Assembly: GCA_038881315.1 (NCBI GenBank)
Contig: JAVZQA010000008.1
Location: forward strand, 1 to 24,000
Length of the DNA stretch: 24,000 nucleotides
Direction of reading: 5' to 3'
DNA from: Methanomassiliicoccales archaeon
GTDB taxonomy: Archaea > Thermoplasmatota > Thermoplasmata > Sysuiplasmatales > Sysuiplasmataceae
The position numbers and the translations under genes are program-made. How positions within the stretch are numbered: position 1 is the stretch's first letter; each line of letters opens with the position of its first letter. This document shows positions 14,722-24,000 of this stretch, in pieces. The notes below the pieces were generated by a model. That model saw only the letters and a program-made list of their open reading frames with translations, was not told the origin of the DNA and ran no database searches.

Positions 14722-16110
14722 ATGGAAAGGGAGGAGAAGAAAAAGCCGTATGCCTGGATAGGTGCAGTCATTGTTGTGGCGATTGTGTTCTTTTTCGCAG
14801 GCTATGCGGTGCATGTGCCGAAGTCCTCTACAACAACAAGCACAGCCAAAGTAACAGTGACCTTCTACGAAAGTTTGGCGCCGACGGAGTCATCTTATTT
14901 CCAGCAGTACTTGATTCCGCAATTTGAACACGAATATCCGAACATAACAGTGAGTTTTGTGAATCTGCCTTCGGGTCAACCTCCACAGGAAATCGAAACT
15001 CTTGTGCAGAGCAATGATGTCGGTGCATCCCTTGTCGGTCTGGATAATCTGGCAGTAGGAGAGGTCATATATGGAACGGGTGGACCATACATAATGAATC
15101 TTGCGCCGGTCATAAACACCATGCTCCCTTCGGGTCTGATACCGAGCGCAGTGAGCATGATAAATTATGAAAACAACGTATTCCATGCAACCTACTTCAT
15201 CCCATTTAGGTCCAACATACCACTCGTATGGTACAGCAAAGCTGCATTCCAGAAGGCAGGTATAACTTCCCCGCCAGCCACTTACAGCCAGCTGCTAACA
15301 GACGCCAAGCTCATTTACAATGCAACTGGAACCGAACCAATCATGTTCCAGGGAGCAGGTTTGACAGGCGGTCATACTGGTGCGAGCACTGGAACCGAAC
15401 TATACCAATGGATGGTGCAATTTGGAGGTAACCCCTTTGTTTTCAATGACAGCGGTGATATAGCTGCGTGGGAATATCTGTATAATTTGAGTTCATATTT
15501 CAACCCGCAGTACACATCAGGTTACTGGGGCAGCTATACAGGACTCGCAACGGGTTCCTATTCCATCCTTGACTATCAGTGGCCTTACATATACACAGAT
15601 CTGACAAACACTTCCTCATATGACATGACTAATTCAACACTAGGTGTTTATCCCGGACCTGCGGGACCTGCGAACAATGACCATCTGTTGGGCGGGGACG
15701 TGCTGGTAATTCCAAAGGGTGCAACACATCTATCCGCGATTGAAACATTGGCAAAATTCCTCATGGGCTCTCAGGCGCAGCGGGAAACACTGTTGAATCT
15801 CTCCTGGGTGGCAGTCAATTCGGCCGCTTATAAGAATCTCCCGCCAAGTTATTCTGTTGTCGGCAACGCACTACAGCAGTCTATCTCAGAGGGTGTATTC
15901 CTCAGGAATCCAACGCCATGGATTACAGTGTGGAATGCTTATGCAAGCAAGGCTTTCTATCAGATTATTGTGAACCACATCAGCTTCAGCCAGATACCGA
16001 GCACTCTCAACTCGTACAATTCTGAAATGTATTCATATTTGCAGTCCAACTACAATCAGACCGTGGCATCCACATACGAGGCGGGCGGATACCAACCCAT
16101 TACTGTGTGA
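14722..16110 (+). CDS. Sugar ABC transporter substrate-binding protein (family-1 SBP), membrane-anchored
   Basis: 462 aa. N-terminal anchor WIGAVIVVAIVFFFAGYAV is followed by a Ser/Thr-rich linker (KSSTTTSTAK), typical of archaeal binding proteins. It is the first gene of an SBP-permease-permease-ATPase operon. Confidence 0.8.
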   Translation: MEREEKKKPYAWIGAVIVVAIVFFFAGYAVHVPKSSTTTSTAKVTVTFYESLAPTESSYFQQYLIPQFEHEYPNITVSFVNLPSGQPPQEIETLVQSNDVGASLVGLDNLAVGEVIYGTGGPYIMNLAPVINTMLPSGLIPSAVSMINYENNVFHATYFIPFRSNIPLVWYSKAAFQKAGITSPPATYSQLLTDAKLIYNATGTEPIMFQGAGLTGGHTGASTGTELYQWMVQFGGNPFVFNDSGDIAAWEYLYNLSSYFNPQYTSGYWGSYTGLATGSYSILDYQWPYIYTDLTNTSSYDMTNSTLGVYPGPAGPANNDHLLGGDVLVIPKGATHLSAIETLAKFLMGSQAQRETLLNLSWVAVNSAAYKNLPPSYSVVGNALQQSISEGVFLRNPTPWITVWNAYASKAFYQIIVNHISFSQIPSTLNSYNSEMYSYLQSNYNQTVASTYEAGGYQPITV

Positions 16111-16150
16111 GCTGCGCAACAATTAAACCTCTTCCTTTTATTATATTTTA

Positions 16151-16999
16151 ATGGGGGTAAAAATTCTGAGGTGGAAGGAGAGCTACACCAATATATTGCT
16201 GATCCTGCCTGCGCTTGTCTATGTGGCCGCACTCTCCTTCTATCCCTCCATTGATGCAGTCTATCTCAGTTTCCAGACACCTTCGAGACATTTCGTGCTT
16301 ACCAATTATAAGGAACTCGTAACCTTTGGTGTTTACTCTGCCATCTACAATACCATAATAGTTACGATCTGTGCTCTCGCCCTTCAGTTCTTTATAGCGA
16401 TGGTAATAGCTAGTCTACTTACGCGCCAGTTCAGGGGAAGACAGGTCTTCCAGGTATGCGTGCTAATACCATACTCGGTGGCCACAATTGTAACAGTTTA
16501 TGCCTTCAGCAACATATTCACCACCCCTGGAGGTTATGCAGATGCAGTGCTCCATTTATTCGGCCTGAAAGCCGTGGGCTGGACAGTTTATCACAATTAT
16601 TGGTTGAATGTTCTCTCTCTCATAATCGCCGATTCATGGAAAAATACCCCCATCGTAGCCTTGATTTTAACAGCTGGCATGGCCACAATACCTCCAGAAA
16701 TATATGCTGCGGCACGGGTGGACGGGGCAGGACCTTTTGCAAGATTCTTCCACATAACGATGCCTAATCTTGCCTCCTACATTGCGATTGCTTTAGTAAT
16801 CAGAGGCATCAGTGAATTCAACATATTTGCAATGGCCCTTGTGCTCTTTCCGCATGTTCTCCTAACCACCCTGGCTTTTGGTCTATATACGTCCTCCTTC
16901 GTCGGGCTTTCCTTTTCAGCCGCTGTTGTTCTGCTTGGGTTTGTTCTGGTGTTTGCAACTATCGTTACCATATACAGGAACAGGACGCAGGTAAAATGA
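16151..16999 (+). CDS. Sugar ABC transporter permease (MalF/UgpA-like)
   Basis: 282 aa, about 6 TM. EAA-loop motif AARVDGAGPFARFFHITMPNL. Confidence 0.85.
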   Translation: MGVKILRWKESYTNILLILPALVYVAALSFYPSIDAVYLSFQTPSRHFVLTNYKELVTFGVYSAIYNTIIVTICALALQFFIAMVIASLLTRQFRGRQVFQVCVLIPYSVATIVTVYAFSNIFTTPGGYADAVLHLFGLKAVGWTVYHNYWLNVLSLIIADSWKNTPIVALILTAGMATIPPEIYAAARVDGAGPFARFFHITMPNLASYIAIALVIRGISEFNIFAMALVLFPHVLLTTLAFGLYTSSFVGLSFSAAVVLLGFVLVFATIVTIYRNRTQVK

Positions 17000-17820
17000 A
17001 GGGCGGAATAGTTCGCAGCATTGGTCTTTACGTGGTGGTCGCTGTGATACTTCTATACACCCTCTTTCCGATTTACACTCTCGTCCTTCTAGCATTCACA
17101 CCATTCGCCCACGCCTCATCAGGTTCCTACCAGTTGGGGCTGTATCCCACAGGTTTCACTTTATCAGCACTTATGGCTGCGCTTGCAATACCCCAGCTCA
17201 CTCTGGCCTTCTACAAGAGCTTGGAAGTTGCATTCATTGTCGGCGGTCTTGCGCTTCTTATAGGGGTTCCGGCCGCGTATGGTTTAAGCAGGCTCTCCCC
17301 GGCCATAGCCAACAGTATTTCAACTGTTCTATTTCTTGCCAACATGCTGCCTTCAATAACAATAGCGATTCCGATAAGTGTCACATTCATAAGACTCGGT
17401 CTCTTTCAAACTCCACTTTCCCTGGCGCTTGCCCAGGAACTTGTTGTACTCCCGCTCACTGTCTTCTTGCTTCTTGGCGCCTTCCAGTCTGTGCCCAAAG
17501 ATCTGCTCAATCAGGCCAGGGTTGACGGTTCAGGATTGTTCAGAACAATATTCACAATGCTTGTTCCTCTTGCACGTGCCGGTGTTGCTTCTGCCTTCTT
17601 TCTTTCATGGATGATATCATGGGATGAGTTCACTTTTGCAGTCTTTTTGTCAGCTGCAAAACCAACACTGCCTATTCTGATTTATATTTACATCACGCGC
17701 GGAAATATATTGGCCGCTGCAGCCTTTTCCATTATAGTGACAATACCAGTGATTATACTCGTCATTGCACTCTCAAGGTTCCTAAAGGCTGAGGTTCTTT
17801 CTGGAGGACTCAATGGTTAA
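16996..17820 (+). CDS. Sugar ABC transporter permease (MalG/UgpE-like)
   Basis: 274 aa. EAA-loop motif QARVDGSGLFRTIFTMLVPLARAG. ATGA start/stop overlap with the upstream permease. Confidence 0.85.
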   Translation: MKGGIVRSIGLYVVVAVILLYTLFPIYTLVLLAFTPFAHASSGSYQLGLYPTGFTLSALMAALAIPQLTLAFYKSLEVAFIVGGLALLIGVPAAYGLSRLSPAIANSISTVLFLANMLPSITIAIPISVTFIRLGLFQTPLSLALAQELVVLPLTVFLLLGAFQSVPKDLLNQARVDGSGLFRTIFTMLVPLARAGVASAFFLSWMISWDEFTFAVFLSAAKPTLPILIYIYITRGNILAAAAFSIIVTIPVIILVIALSRFLKAEVLSGGLNG

Positions 17821-17852
17821 AGCCTATCTTTCCTTTATGAAGGTGCAGGATA

Positions 17853-18869
17853 ATGGTCGGAATTAAACTTGAACTGAAAGGCATAACAAAGTCATACGGC
17901 AAGATATCTGTCCTGAATAACATAGACATGACTGTACATGAGAACGAATTCTTTGCCATCCTCGGTCCTTCTGGTGCAGGCAAGTCAACACTTCTCAGAA
18001 TAATCATCGGTGTTGAAGAGCCCGACGAAGGAAGGATATTCATTGATGGGAAAGACGTCACAGATCTTCCACCCAATAGAAGAAATCTATCAGTTGTCTT
18101 TCAAAGCTACGCACTCTATCCTAATATGACTGTTTTCGAAAACATCGCATTCCCGCTCAAGATGCGTGGTCTCTCCAAACAGAAAATAAAGACAAGAGTG
18201 AATGAAATAGCAACAAGGCTCGGTATTTCTGAAATACTCAATAGAAATGCAACAAGGATTAGCGGAGGACAGAAGCAGAGAACCGCACTTGCCAGAGCAT
18301 TGGTTCGTGATCCAGCAATATTTCTCCTTGATGAGCCACTCAGTAATCTGGATGCCAGAATTCGTTTCAGGGCGAGGGAGGAGCTTAGAAAACTTCAGGA
18401 GCAGTTTCATCAGACATTTGTTTATGTCACCCATGATCAGGCTGAAATTGCAAATTTGGCAACACGGGTTGCTGTCCTGCACAACGGCAAATTCGAACAG
18501 GTGGCCACATATCGCGAACTTTATGAGCATCCAGCGACCGTCTGGGTGGGGGATTTCATAGGAAACTACCCAATGAATTATCTCTCCGCTCAGTTGATTG
18601 ATAAGAATTACTCAGGATGCAAAATCGGCTTCAGGACAGAGTGGGCTGAAATCGACAAAAATGGAAATCTGATTGCAAAGGTGGAAAGCAGCGAGATGAT
18701 TGGTGACACCTATTATCTATACTGCACAATCGAAAACGAAGCCTTCATAGTTAAAAGCCCGTCACAGGTTCCGGTTGGTGAAGACGTTAAGGTTAGCATC
18801 AGGCGATATAATATCTTTCAGGATGGAATGCTTCTCAAAAATACACTGCAGGTGGAAGCCCAAATCTGA
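17853..18869 (+). CDS. Sugar ABC transporter ATP-binding protein (MalK/UgpC-like)
   Basis: 338 aa. Walker A GPSGAGKST, signature ISGGQKQR, Walker B FLLDEPLSNLD, H-loop YVTHD. It has a C-terminal regulatory-type domain. Confidence 0.9.
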   Translation: MVGIKLELKGITKSYGKISVLNNIDMTVHENEFFAILGPSGAGKSTLLRIIIGVEEPDEGRIFIDGKDVTDLPPNRRNLSVVFQSYALYPNMTVFENIAFPLKMRGLSKQKIKTRVNEIATRLGISEILNRNATRISGGQKQRTALARALVRDPAIFLLDEPLSNLDARIRFRAREELRKLQEQFHQTFVYVTHDQAEIANLATRVAVLHNGKFEQVATYRELYEHPATVWVGDFIGNYPMNYLSAQLIDKNYSGCKIGFRTEWAEIDKNGNLIAKVESSEMIGDTYYLYCTIENEAFIVKSPSQVPVGEDVKVSIRRYNIFQDGMLLKNTLQVEAQI

Positions 18870-18954
18870 ATCACCTCCTTCCTTCTGTTCTAGCTTTAAG
18901 TCTCACCTATGAATTCTTAAAACCACGGGAGTTCAACTCTATTCACTCCAATCT

Positions 18955-20871
18955 CTATCCACCATGTCTGATATGCTTACCTTTTTCGTCCACAATTATG
19001 TCTACGCACTTACCTCTGTAAGGAACCCTTTTGAGTCTCATGTAACTCCATCCTTCAGGAAGCATGGGATTCGATTTTTCAATTGCTTCTCCATGATTCC
19101 TGAGCGCGTCTATAGCGAAAAGTCCCTCAATGACCGATTGTATGAAAAGTGCTGATGACCAGCCCTGTGCAAACTGTCCTTCCGGCCTGCATTCTTCTGC
19201 ATTATATGTCTCATTAATTCTACCTGGTTCTGATGCGAGCATCATGAGACGGGGGAATGTATACAGCGCTCTCATGGCCTCACCAAAGAGTCCGTTTTTG
19301 AAAGAAGCAGTGCAAAACCATCCTGTCATCAGCGGCCAGACCTGTCCAGTATGATACCCCCTGTCATATAGCGCGGATTGACTGGACATGGATCTTGTCC
19401 CCCAGTAAGGCTGCATATCGGGGCCGCTCAGCTCGACGAGAAGACGTTTCATGAGCTCCTCTTTCCAGTACATTGCGGGAACTATTTCAGACGCGTTTCT
19501 TATGTCACTCTTCTTCTCCTCTTTCACAGAATCAAACACAAGAAAATGCTCCCCTTCTTTGAAAAATGTGGACCTGTAATTCAGCAAACCCCTTTCGAGC
19601 TCTTTTTGCAGTCTGCCAGTGAGCATGGTGTAGATGGAAAGGGCACTAAGCCACCAGGCATTCACATCCACACATGCCCCGTTTCTTGCCTCCGCCCAGC
19701 TTTCATGCCATCCAATCAAACCCTCTGTGGAGTCGTTTTCTACTAGCATATCCCCGTCCTTATCACAGTCCAGCATAAACCGGATGCACTGTGAGATGGC
19801 GCCTACATTCGCCTTACTTCCACTCCACTGACTATTGATGAAATGCGCAATAACCCACAGCGGAGTGCTGTCTATGGACATGTAGCCAGTCTCAATTTTA
19901 TGCGGCTGATCTGTGCCTGGCAGTATCGGTATTTCGTGAGGTACCCTCCCTTCAACTGAATATTTCACGAGCATGCTGAGGTGGCTTTCAGCCTCTTTCT
20001 GAAGGCCACACATCGAGGCAGCGATACTCATCCATTCCCCGTCCCTACCGAAGAACCATGAGAACTCCGGAAATCCTGCGTAAAAGCCATTGCCAGCTTC
20101 AGTTTCTGAATAGAATTCAAGAAGGTCATGCTTTGCCCAGAAAAAGCACTTGTTCAGCACGAAATCAGGCGTTTCGAGAACCGAATATTTTGCGGGTGTT
20201 CCGTGTATCCTTTTGTTCAAATTGAAATCAAGATCTTCTTCCATCAGGCTTGTGTCTCCAATGACCACAGTCTTTCTACCAGCTTCAAGCAATATGCTGA
20301 GTTTTGCTCCATCAAGACTACAGGCAGCGTGTTTGTCCGGCAGTAGAATTCTTGTCATTCCTCCCTCGCTGCTTACAGTCGCTATTCTGCCTCTTCTGGA
20401 TAGGGAGTAATCCAAAGACTTTGATATTGCAGGCCATGCAAGACCGTGTGAAATATCAACACATAGTAGAATTCTGTGCCCTCTCCCAATCAGAAAATGC
20501 ATACAGAGGGCTGGGGATGAATACGGAATATAATCCAGTCTTTCAAACCCTTCGTAAAGTCGGTATGTACAATGCGGCTTTCTGACATACTTTACCGCCA
20601 ATCTCTCCGCAGGAGTATCATCCACATACATCCGGAGCGAATTGAAATGGCGCCTGCCCCCGCACCAAAGACCAGTCCTATATCTGCCTGAAGACGCACT
20701 GTCAAGTGTACCATTCTGCAGAAGTATGAGATGGGCTTTCTTCCCTTTCAAGAGTGTAAGGGCATCCAAGGATTTCTGAGAGGATTCAACAACCCAGCAG
20801 TCCATTATCTTGCGGTTGTCCTCCATACTCTTGCTTCTGCAATCTATGAACTCCTTCAACGGGAAAATCAT
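18955..20871 (-). CDS. Amylo-alpha-1,6-glucosidase / glycogen-debranching-enzyme family protein (COG3408-like)
   Basis: 638 aa. The PEFSWFFGRDGEWM motif is the FGRD signature of the GDE_C (alpha/alpha)6-barrel family. The C-terminal QGWSSALFIQ-type ending is also common there. Specificity is unknown. Confidence 0.7.
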   Translation of the reverse strand: MIFPLKEFIDCRSKSMEDNRKIMDCWVVESSQKSLDALTLLKGKKAHLILLQNGTLDSASSGRYRTGLWCGGRRHFNSLRMYVDDTPAERLAVKYVRKPHCTYRLYEGFERLDYIPYSSPALCMHFLIGRGHRILLCVDISHGLAWPAISKSLDYSLSRRGRIATVSSEGGMTRILLPDKHAACSLDGAKLSILLEAGRKTVVIGDTSLMEEDLDFNLNKRIHGTPAKYSVLETPDFVLNKCFFWAKHDLLEFYSETEAGNGFYAGFPEFSWFFGRDGEWMSIAASMCGLQKEAESHLSMLVKYSVEGRVPHEIPILPGTDQPHKIETGYMSIDSTPLWVIAHFINSQWSGSKANVGAISQCIRFMLDCDKDGDMLVENDSTEGLIGWHESWAEARNGACVDVNAWWLSALSIYTMLTGRLQKELERGLLNYRSTFFKEGEHFLVFDSVKEEKKSDIRNASEIVPAMYWKEELMKRLLVELSGPDMQPYWGTRSMSSQSALYDRGYHTGQVWPLMTGWFCTASFKNGLFGEAMRALYTFPRLMMLASEPGRINETYNAEECRPEGQFAQGWSSALFIQSVIEGLFAIDALRNHGEAIEKSNPMLPEGWSYMRLKRVPYRGKCVDIIVDEKGKHIRHGG

Positions 20872-21094
20872 CTTCTCTCACACTGCACATTTTCTACAGA
20901 AGATGTCAACCCTCTTAATTTATACGCGATGGCTGTCCCCCCGCCTCCTTGTATAAAAGATGGAGGGTGTTACCTGCTTATGCCAAAACCATAGCGAATC
21001 CCTCTGTTTAATGTCCTGGAAAGGGCGAACATGTGAAAAAATTAAATAGATGGCATTGATTGAATGCAGATTCACGCATAGTGAGAGTGTATAA

Positions 21095-22372
21095 ATGCCA
21101 AACAAACCACATCTCAACATTGTATTTATTGGTCATGTCGACCATGGGAAGTCAACGCTTGTAGGTAGGATGCTGTTCAACACAAAGAGCATCGATCCTT
21201 ATTTGATTGAGAAGTACAAGAAGGAAGCTGAAGAAAAGGGTAAGGCAACGTTCGAATTCGCCTGGGTAATGGATAACCTCAAGGAAGAAAGGGAAAGAGG
21301 TGTCACAATTGATGTTTCTCACAGGAGATTTGACACGCAGAAGTATTACTTCACCATCATAGACGCACCTGGCCACCGTGATTTTGTCAAGAACATGATC
21401 ACAGGTACGAGTCAGGCAGATGCAGCCGTTCTAGTGGTTGATGCAGCAAAGGGTCCTGAAGCCCAGACAAGAGAGCACGTCTTCCTGGCAAGAACACTTG
21501 GCGTAAACCAGCTGATTGTTGCCATAAACAAAATGGACGCCACGCAGCCAAAGTATTCTCAGGAAGCCTATGAAAAGGCCAAGAAGGCTGTTACAGACCT
21601 GCTCAAGAGCGTGCGTTACAAGGTAGAGGATATCCCGTTCATACCCGTCAGCGCGTATGTTGGTGACAACACAACCGAACCCTCTCCAAACATGCCCTGG
21701 TGGAAGGGGGACACACTGTTACAGACAATGGACAAATTGAAGGAGCCGCCGAAGGCAACAGACAAACCGCTCCGTCTCCCGGTTCAGGATGTCTATACCA
21801 TAACAGGTATTGGAACTGTACCTGTTGGCAGGGTCGAGACCGGAATATTGAAGAAGGATATGAAGATTATATTCATGCCTGCCAACAAGACAGGGGAAGT
21901 AAAATCAATCGAAATGCATCATGAGCCCATGGAGGAGGCCTATCCGGGCGACAACGTGGGTTTCAATGTGAGGGGCATTTCGAAGACCGACATAAAGCGT
22001 GGAGATGTTGCAGGACCTCTGGATTCGGTTCCCACAGTTGCAAAGTCCTTTGTTGGTCAAATTGCGGTGCTTAATCATCCAAGCGCCATAACTGTGGGGT
22101 ACACACCTGTTTTCCACTGCCATACTGCACAGGTTGCATGCACCATAACTGAACTGCAGAAAAAAATAGACCCGGGCAGCGGCGGTGTCAAGGAGGAGAA
22201 GCCTGAATTGCTGAGAACCGGTGATGTTGCATATGTGCGTATCGAGCCGACAAAGCCGATGGTTATAGAAAAAGCGTCCGATTTCCCGCAGCTTGGCAGA
22301 TTTGCCATAAGGGATATGGGACAGACAGTGGCAGCAGGCGTCTGTGTTGAAGTTGAGAAGCGCTCCGTCTGA
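21095..22372 (+). CDS. tuf: Translation elongation factor EF-1alpha (aEF-1A)
   Basis: 425 aa. Motifs: [23 protein letters not shown](Y). Typical archaeal EF-1alpha throughout. Confidence 0.95.
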   Translation: MPNKPHLNIVFIGHVDHGKSTLVGRMLFNTKSIDPYLIEKYKKEAEEKGKATFEFAWVMDNLKEERERGVTIDVSHRRFDTQKYYFTIIDAPGHRDFVKNMITGTSQADAAVLVVDAAKGPEAQTREHVFLARTLGVNQLIVAINKMDATQPKYSQEAYEKAKKAVTDLLKSVRYKVEDIPFIPVSAYVGDNTTEPSPNMPWWKGDTLLQTMDKLKEPPKATDKPLRLPVQDVYTITGIGTVPVGRVETGILKKDMKIIFMPANKTGEVKSIEMHHEPMEEAYPGDNVGFNVRGISKTDIKRGDVAGPLDSVPTVAKSFVGQIAVLNHPSAITVGYTPVFHCHTAQVACTITELQKKIDPGSGGVKEEKPELLRTGDVAYVRIEPTKPMVIEKASDFPQLGRFAIRDMGQTVAAGVCVEVEKRSV

Positions 22373-22384
22373 GCTGGTGTCACC

Positions 22385-22699
22385 ATGCCTCAGAAAGCGC
22401 GTATTTCACTCAGCGGAACCGACCCCAAAAAGATAGATTCGGTTTGCAGTCAGATAAAGCAGATTGCGCAGAAGACAGGGGTGCATATTAGCGGCCCTGT
22501 GCCCTTGCCGACAAAGCACATGGTAGTCCCTGTTCGAAAGAGCCCGGACGGAGAGGGCAGCGCCACCTGGGACAGATGGGAAATGCGTATCCATAAGCGC
22601 ATGATAGATATGGACGCAGATGATGACAGAGCACTGCGGCAGCTGATGCGCATTCAAGTTCCAGATGGTGTGAACATTGAAATCGTCCTCAGGAGTTAA
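22385..22699 (+). CDS. rps10: 30S ribosomal protein uS10 (S10)
   Basis: 104 aa. [18 protein letters not shown]...GPVPLPTK...[15 protein letters not shown] is typical archaeal uS10. It lies 12 nt after tuf, with a GGTG SD. Confidence 0.95.
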   Translation: MPQKARISLSGTDPKKIDSVCSQIKQIAQKTGVHISGPVPLPTKHMVVPVRKSPDGEGSATWDRWEMRIHKRMIDMDADDDRALRQLMRIQVPDGVNIEIVLRS

Positions 22700-22743
22700 G
22701 CGTAGGCTGCTTATGCTAAAACGCTTTCAATGGGGGATGATGA

Positions 22744-23664
22744 TTGAGATCATTTGTTAGGGTCGGCGCTCCCGCGTCAATTGCGAATTTTGGACCTGGC
22801 TTCGACACCTTCGGTCTCGCTTTAAAGGAGCCTCGAGACATTGTAGAACTTTCTCTGGATGTCTATGAAACAGAGGTCGAGACGGTCCCGGATTATTCGA
22901 TACCAACAAAGAAGAATGCAGCGTATGCTGCTGCAACAGCAATCGCATGGAAGAATAGATCCGCTGTTCCTTTTCATATGAAAATCATAAAGGGTGTCAG
23001 GCCGGGAAGCGGAATAGGCAGCAGTGCCGCTTCATCAGTAGGCGCTGCTCTGGCGATGGCAGAGGTCATGGAGGTCAAGATGAAGCCAGAGGAGATAATA
23101 CAGGCATCCTCCCTCGGCGAAAAGATGGCCTCAGGCTCGGCCCATATAGATAATGTGACAGCGGCGTGTCTTGGTGGATTCACGGTGGTCACTTCCCGTT
23201 CCCCGGTTTCTGTTTTTTCAATTCAGCCAGACCAGCTCCCGAACTTCGACGTTATTGTTTCGTTGCCTGACATTGTTATAGAAACACGCAAATCAAGGGC
23301 AGTGCTTCCCAAGGAAATACCACTGGATGATGTCGTCGAAAATATCTCGCTGTCATCCTCTATGCTGCACGCATTGATGAGGGGTGACTTGAAGACGGTG
23401 GGTGCATGTTTGAAGGACAGAGTGGCCCTGCCCTATAGAAAGGCTCTCATACCTGGATTTGAAAAAGTGCAGAAGGCTGCTATGGATGCGGGTGCGTTGG
23501 GCTTCTCATTGTCCGGAGCTGGTCCCGCTGTATTTGCTATTGCAGAGGACAATGCAAAGGACATTGCACGCGCAATGGAAAGCGCCTTCAAATCTTCCGG
23601 TTTCAAATCACAAACTTTCATCACGACTGCAGGTCCAGGCGCAGAGATACTGGAAGTTAGCTGA
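22744..23664 (+). CDS. thrB: Homoserine kinase (GHMP kinase family)
   Basis: 306 aa. APASIANFGPGFD near the N-terminus, GHMP motif II PGSGIGSSAAS, motif III SGAGPAVFA. The TTG start at 22744 is forced: an in-frame stop lies at 22741-22743 and no ATG or GTG precedes the conserved N-terminus. Confidence 0.85.
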   Translation: MRSFVRVGAPASIANFGPGFDTFGLALKEPRDIVELSLDVYETEVETVPDYSIPTKKNAAYAAATAIAWKNRSAVPFHMKIIKGVRPGSGIGSSAASSVGAALAMAEVMEVKMKPEEIIQASSLGEKMASGSAHIDNVTAACLGGFTVVTSRSPVSVFSIQPDQLPNFDVIVSLPDIVIETRKSRAVLPKEIPLDDVVENISLSSSMLHALMRGDLKTVGACLKDRVALPYRKALIPGFEKVQKAAMDAGALGFSLSGAGPAVFAIAEDNAKDIARAMESAFKSSGFKSQTFITTAGPGAEILEVS

Positions 23665-23672
23665 CAACAAGA

Positions 23673-23678
23673 TTTTTT
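23673..23678 (+). terminator. Oligo-T tract, a candidate archaeal terminator after thrB
   Basis: A TTTTTT run lies 9 nt after the thrB stop (23662-23664). Archaeal termination commonly occurs at oligo-T stretches. Confidence 0.3.
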
Positions 23679-23702
23679 AACGCCTCCTCCATGATCTTGC
23701 GA

Positions 23703-23801
23703 GCGAGGATGGCCCAGCCCGGTAAGGCGATGGATTGCTAAATTCTGCAAATATCCATTGTCCGAAAGGACTCGGGGGTTCAAATCCCCCTCCTCGCGCC
23801 A
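23703..23801 (+). tRNA. tRNA-Ser(GCU), class II, with a putative 12-nt intron at 37/38 and a genomically encoded CCA
   Basis: Hand-folded. Acceptor GCGAGGA/TCCTCGC; D stem GCC/GGC; anticodon stem ATGGA/TCCAT; loop TTGCTA..A. Insert aattctgcaaat is at 23741-23752. Variable arm GTCC-GAAA-GGAC; T arm GGGGG-TTCAAAT-CCCCC. Discriminator G at 23798, then CCA at 23799-23801. Confidence 0.85.
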
Positions 23802-23854
23802 CTTCCGCGGTTCGTTTCTGCTATCTTTTTAATTAAGCGCTGCAATTCCGGTAT

Positions 23855-24000
23855 GTGAAAGTATACGTTGAGTCTCATGGATGTTCCATGAACTACGGAG
23901 AGGGGCAGCTCATAAAGGGCAGGCTCTCAAACGCAGGCTTTGGCACATCTGTCTCTCCGGAGGAAGCGGACGTGATCATTCTCAACACATGCGGTGTGAT
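23855..24000 (+). CDS. MiaB-like tRNA methylthiotransferase (radical-SAM, UPF0004 N-terminal domain). Only the 5' part is visible.
   Basis: GTG at 23855. Translation VKVYVESHGCSMNYGEGQLIKGRLSNAGFGTSVSPEEADVIILNTCGV matches the N-terminal domain pattern (v.tyGC..N..dse.....L...G.......AD....NTC.v). It runs off the window end. An AT-rich tttttaattaa lies about 20 nt upstream. Confidence 0.7.
   Translation, partial: MKVYVESHGCSMNYGEGQLIKGRLSNAGFGTSVSPEEADVIILNTCGV

Noticed and set aside
20930-20975. Hairpin CCTCC-ttgtataaaaga-TGGAGG upstream of tuf, considered as a regulatory RNA or terminator
   Set aside because: The stem is only 5-6 bp with a 12-nt loop and no flanking T-tract. It is not distinguishable from chance.
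23433-23783. 116-aa minus-strand ORF covering the thrB 3' end and most of tRNA-Ser
   Set aside because: It overlaps a well-folded tRNA gene and is antisense to the thrB GHMP motif III. It has no motif of its own.
1-24000. CRISPR arrays, rRNA genes, IS elements or transposases, and recognisable defence systems
   Set aside because: No regularly spaced direct repeats of 24-40 nt, no transposase-like ORFs with terminal inverted repeats, and no cas or restriction-like motifs appeared in any listed ORF.

Overview
This is a compact archaeal chromosomal segment. Archaeal markers are Pth2, archaeosine tRNA-guanine transglycosylase, aEF-2/EF-1alpha, a Pcc1-like ORF and two tRNA genes whose length implies a 12-nt insert at position 37/38. 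A Thermoplasmata-like euryarchaeon is only a guess from gene content. Layout, left to right:

- **1-2369:** the GC-rich end of an integrated element. It carries a tyrosine integrase, small RHH-like, antitoxin-like and zinc-ribbon ORFs, and an iteron-like repeat cluster. It abuts the 3' end of tRNA-Leu(UAA).
- **2567-9483:** housekeeping genes. These are aldehyde dehydrogenase, DUF99, Pth2, ArcTGT, a Pcc1-like ORF, a wHTH regulator with a 7-TM membrane protein, and a Bcp peroxiredoxin.
- **9628-13750:** the str-type cluster uS12-uS7-aEF-2. The aEF-2 gene carries an in-frame 270-aa intein inside its P-loop.
- **13738-20871:** about 7.3 kb of non-translation genes. These are a LysE exporter, a 4-gene sugar ABC transporter operon and an amylo-alpha-1,6-glucosidase-family enzyme.
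- **21095-24000:** EF-1alpha, uS10, homoserine kinase, tRNA-Ser(GCU) and the 5' end of a MiaB-like methylthiotransferase.

The most notable items are the EF-2 P-loop intein, which looks like it has a decayed homing endonuclease, and the tRNA-Leu-associated integrated element with its repeat array. I found no CRISPR array, rRNA gene or recognisable defence system. All calls come from reading motifs in the supplied translations and the DNA; no database search was possible.
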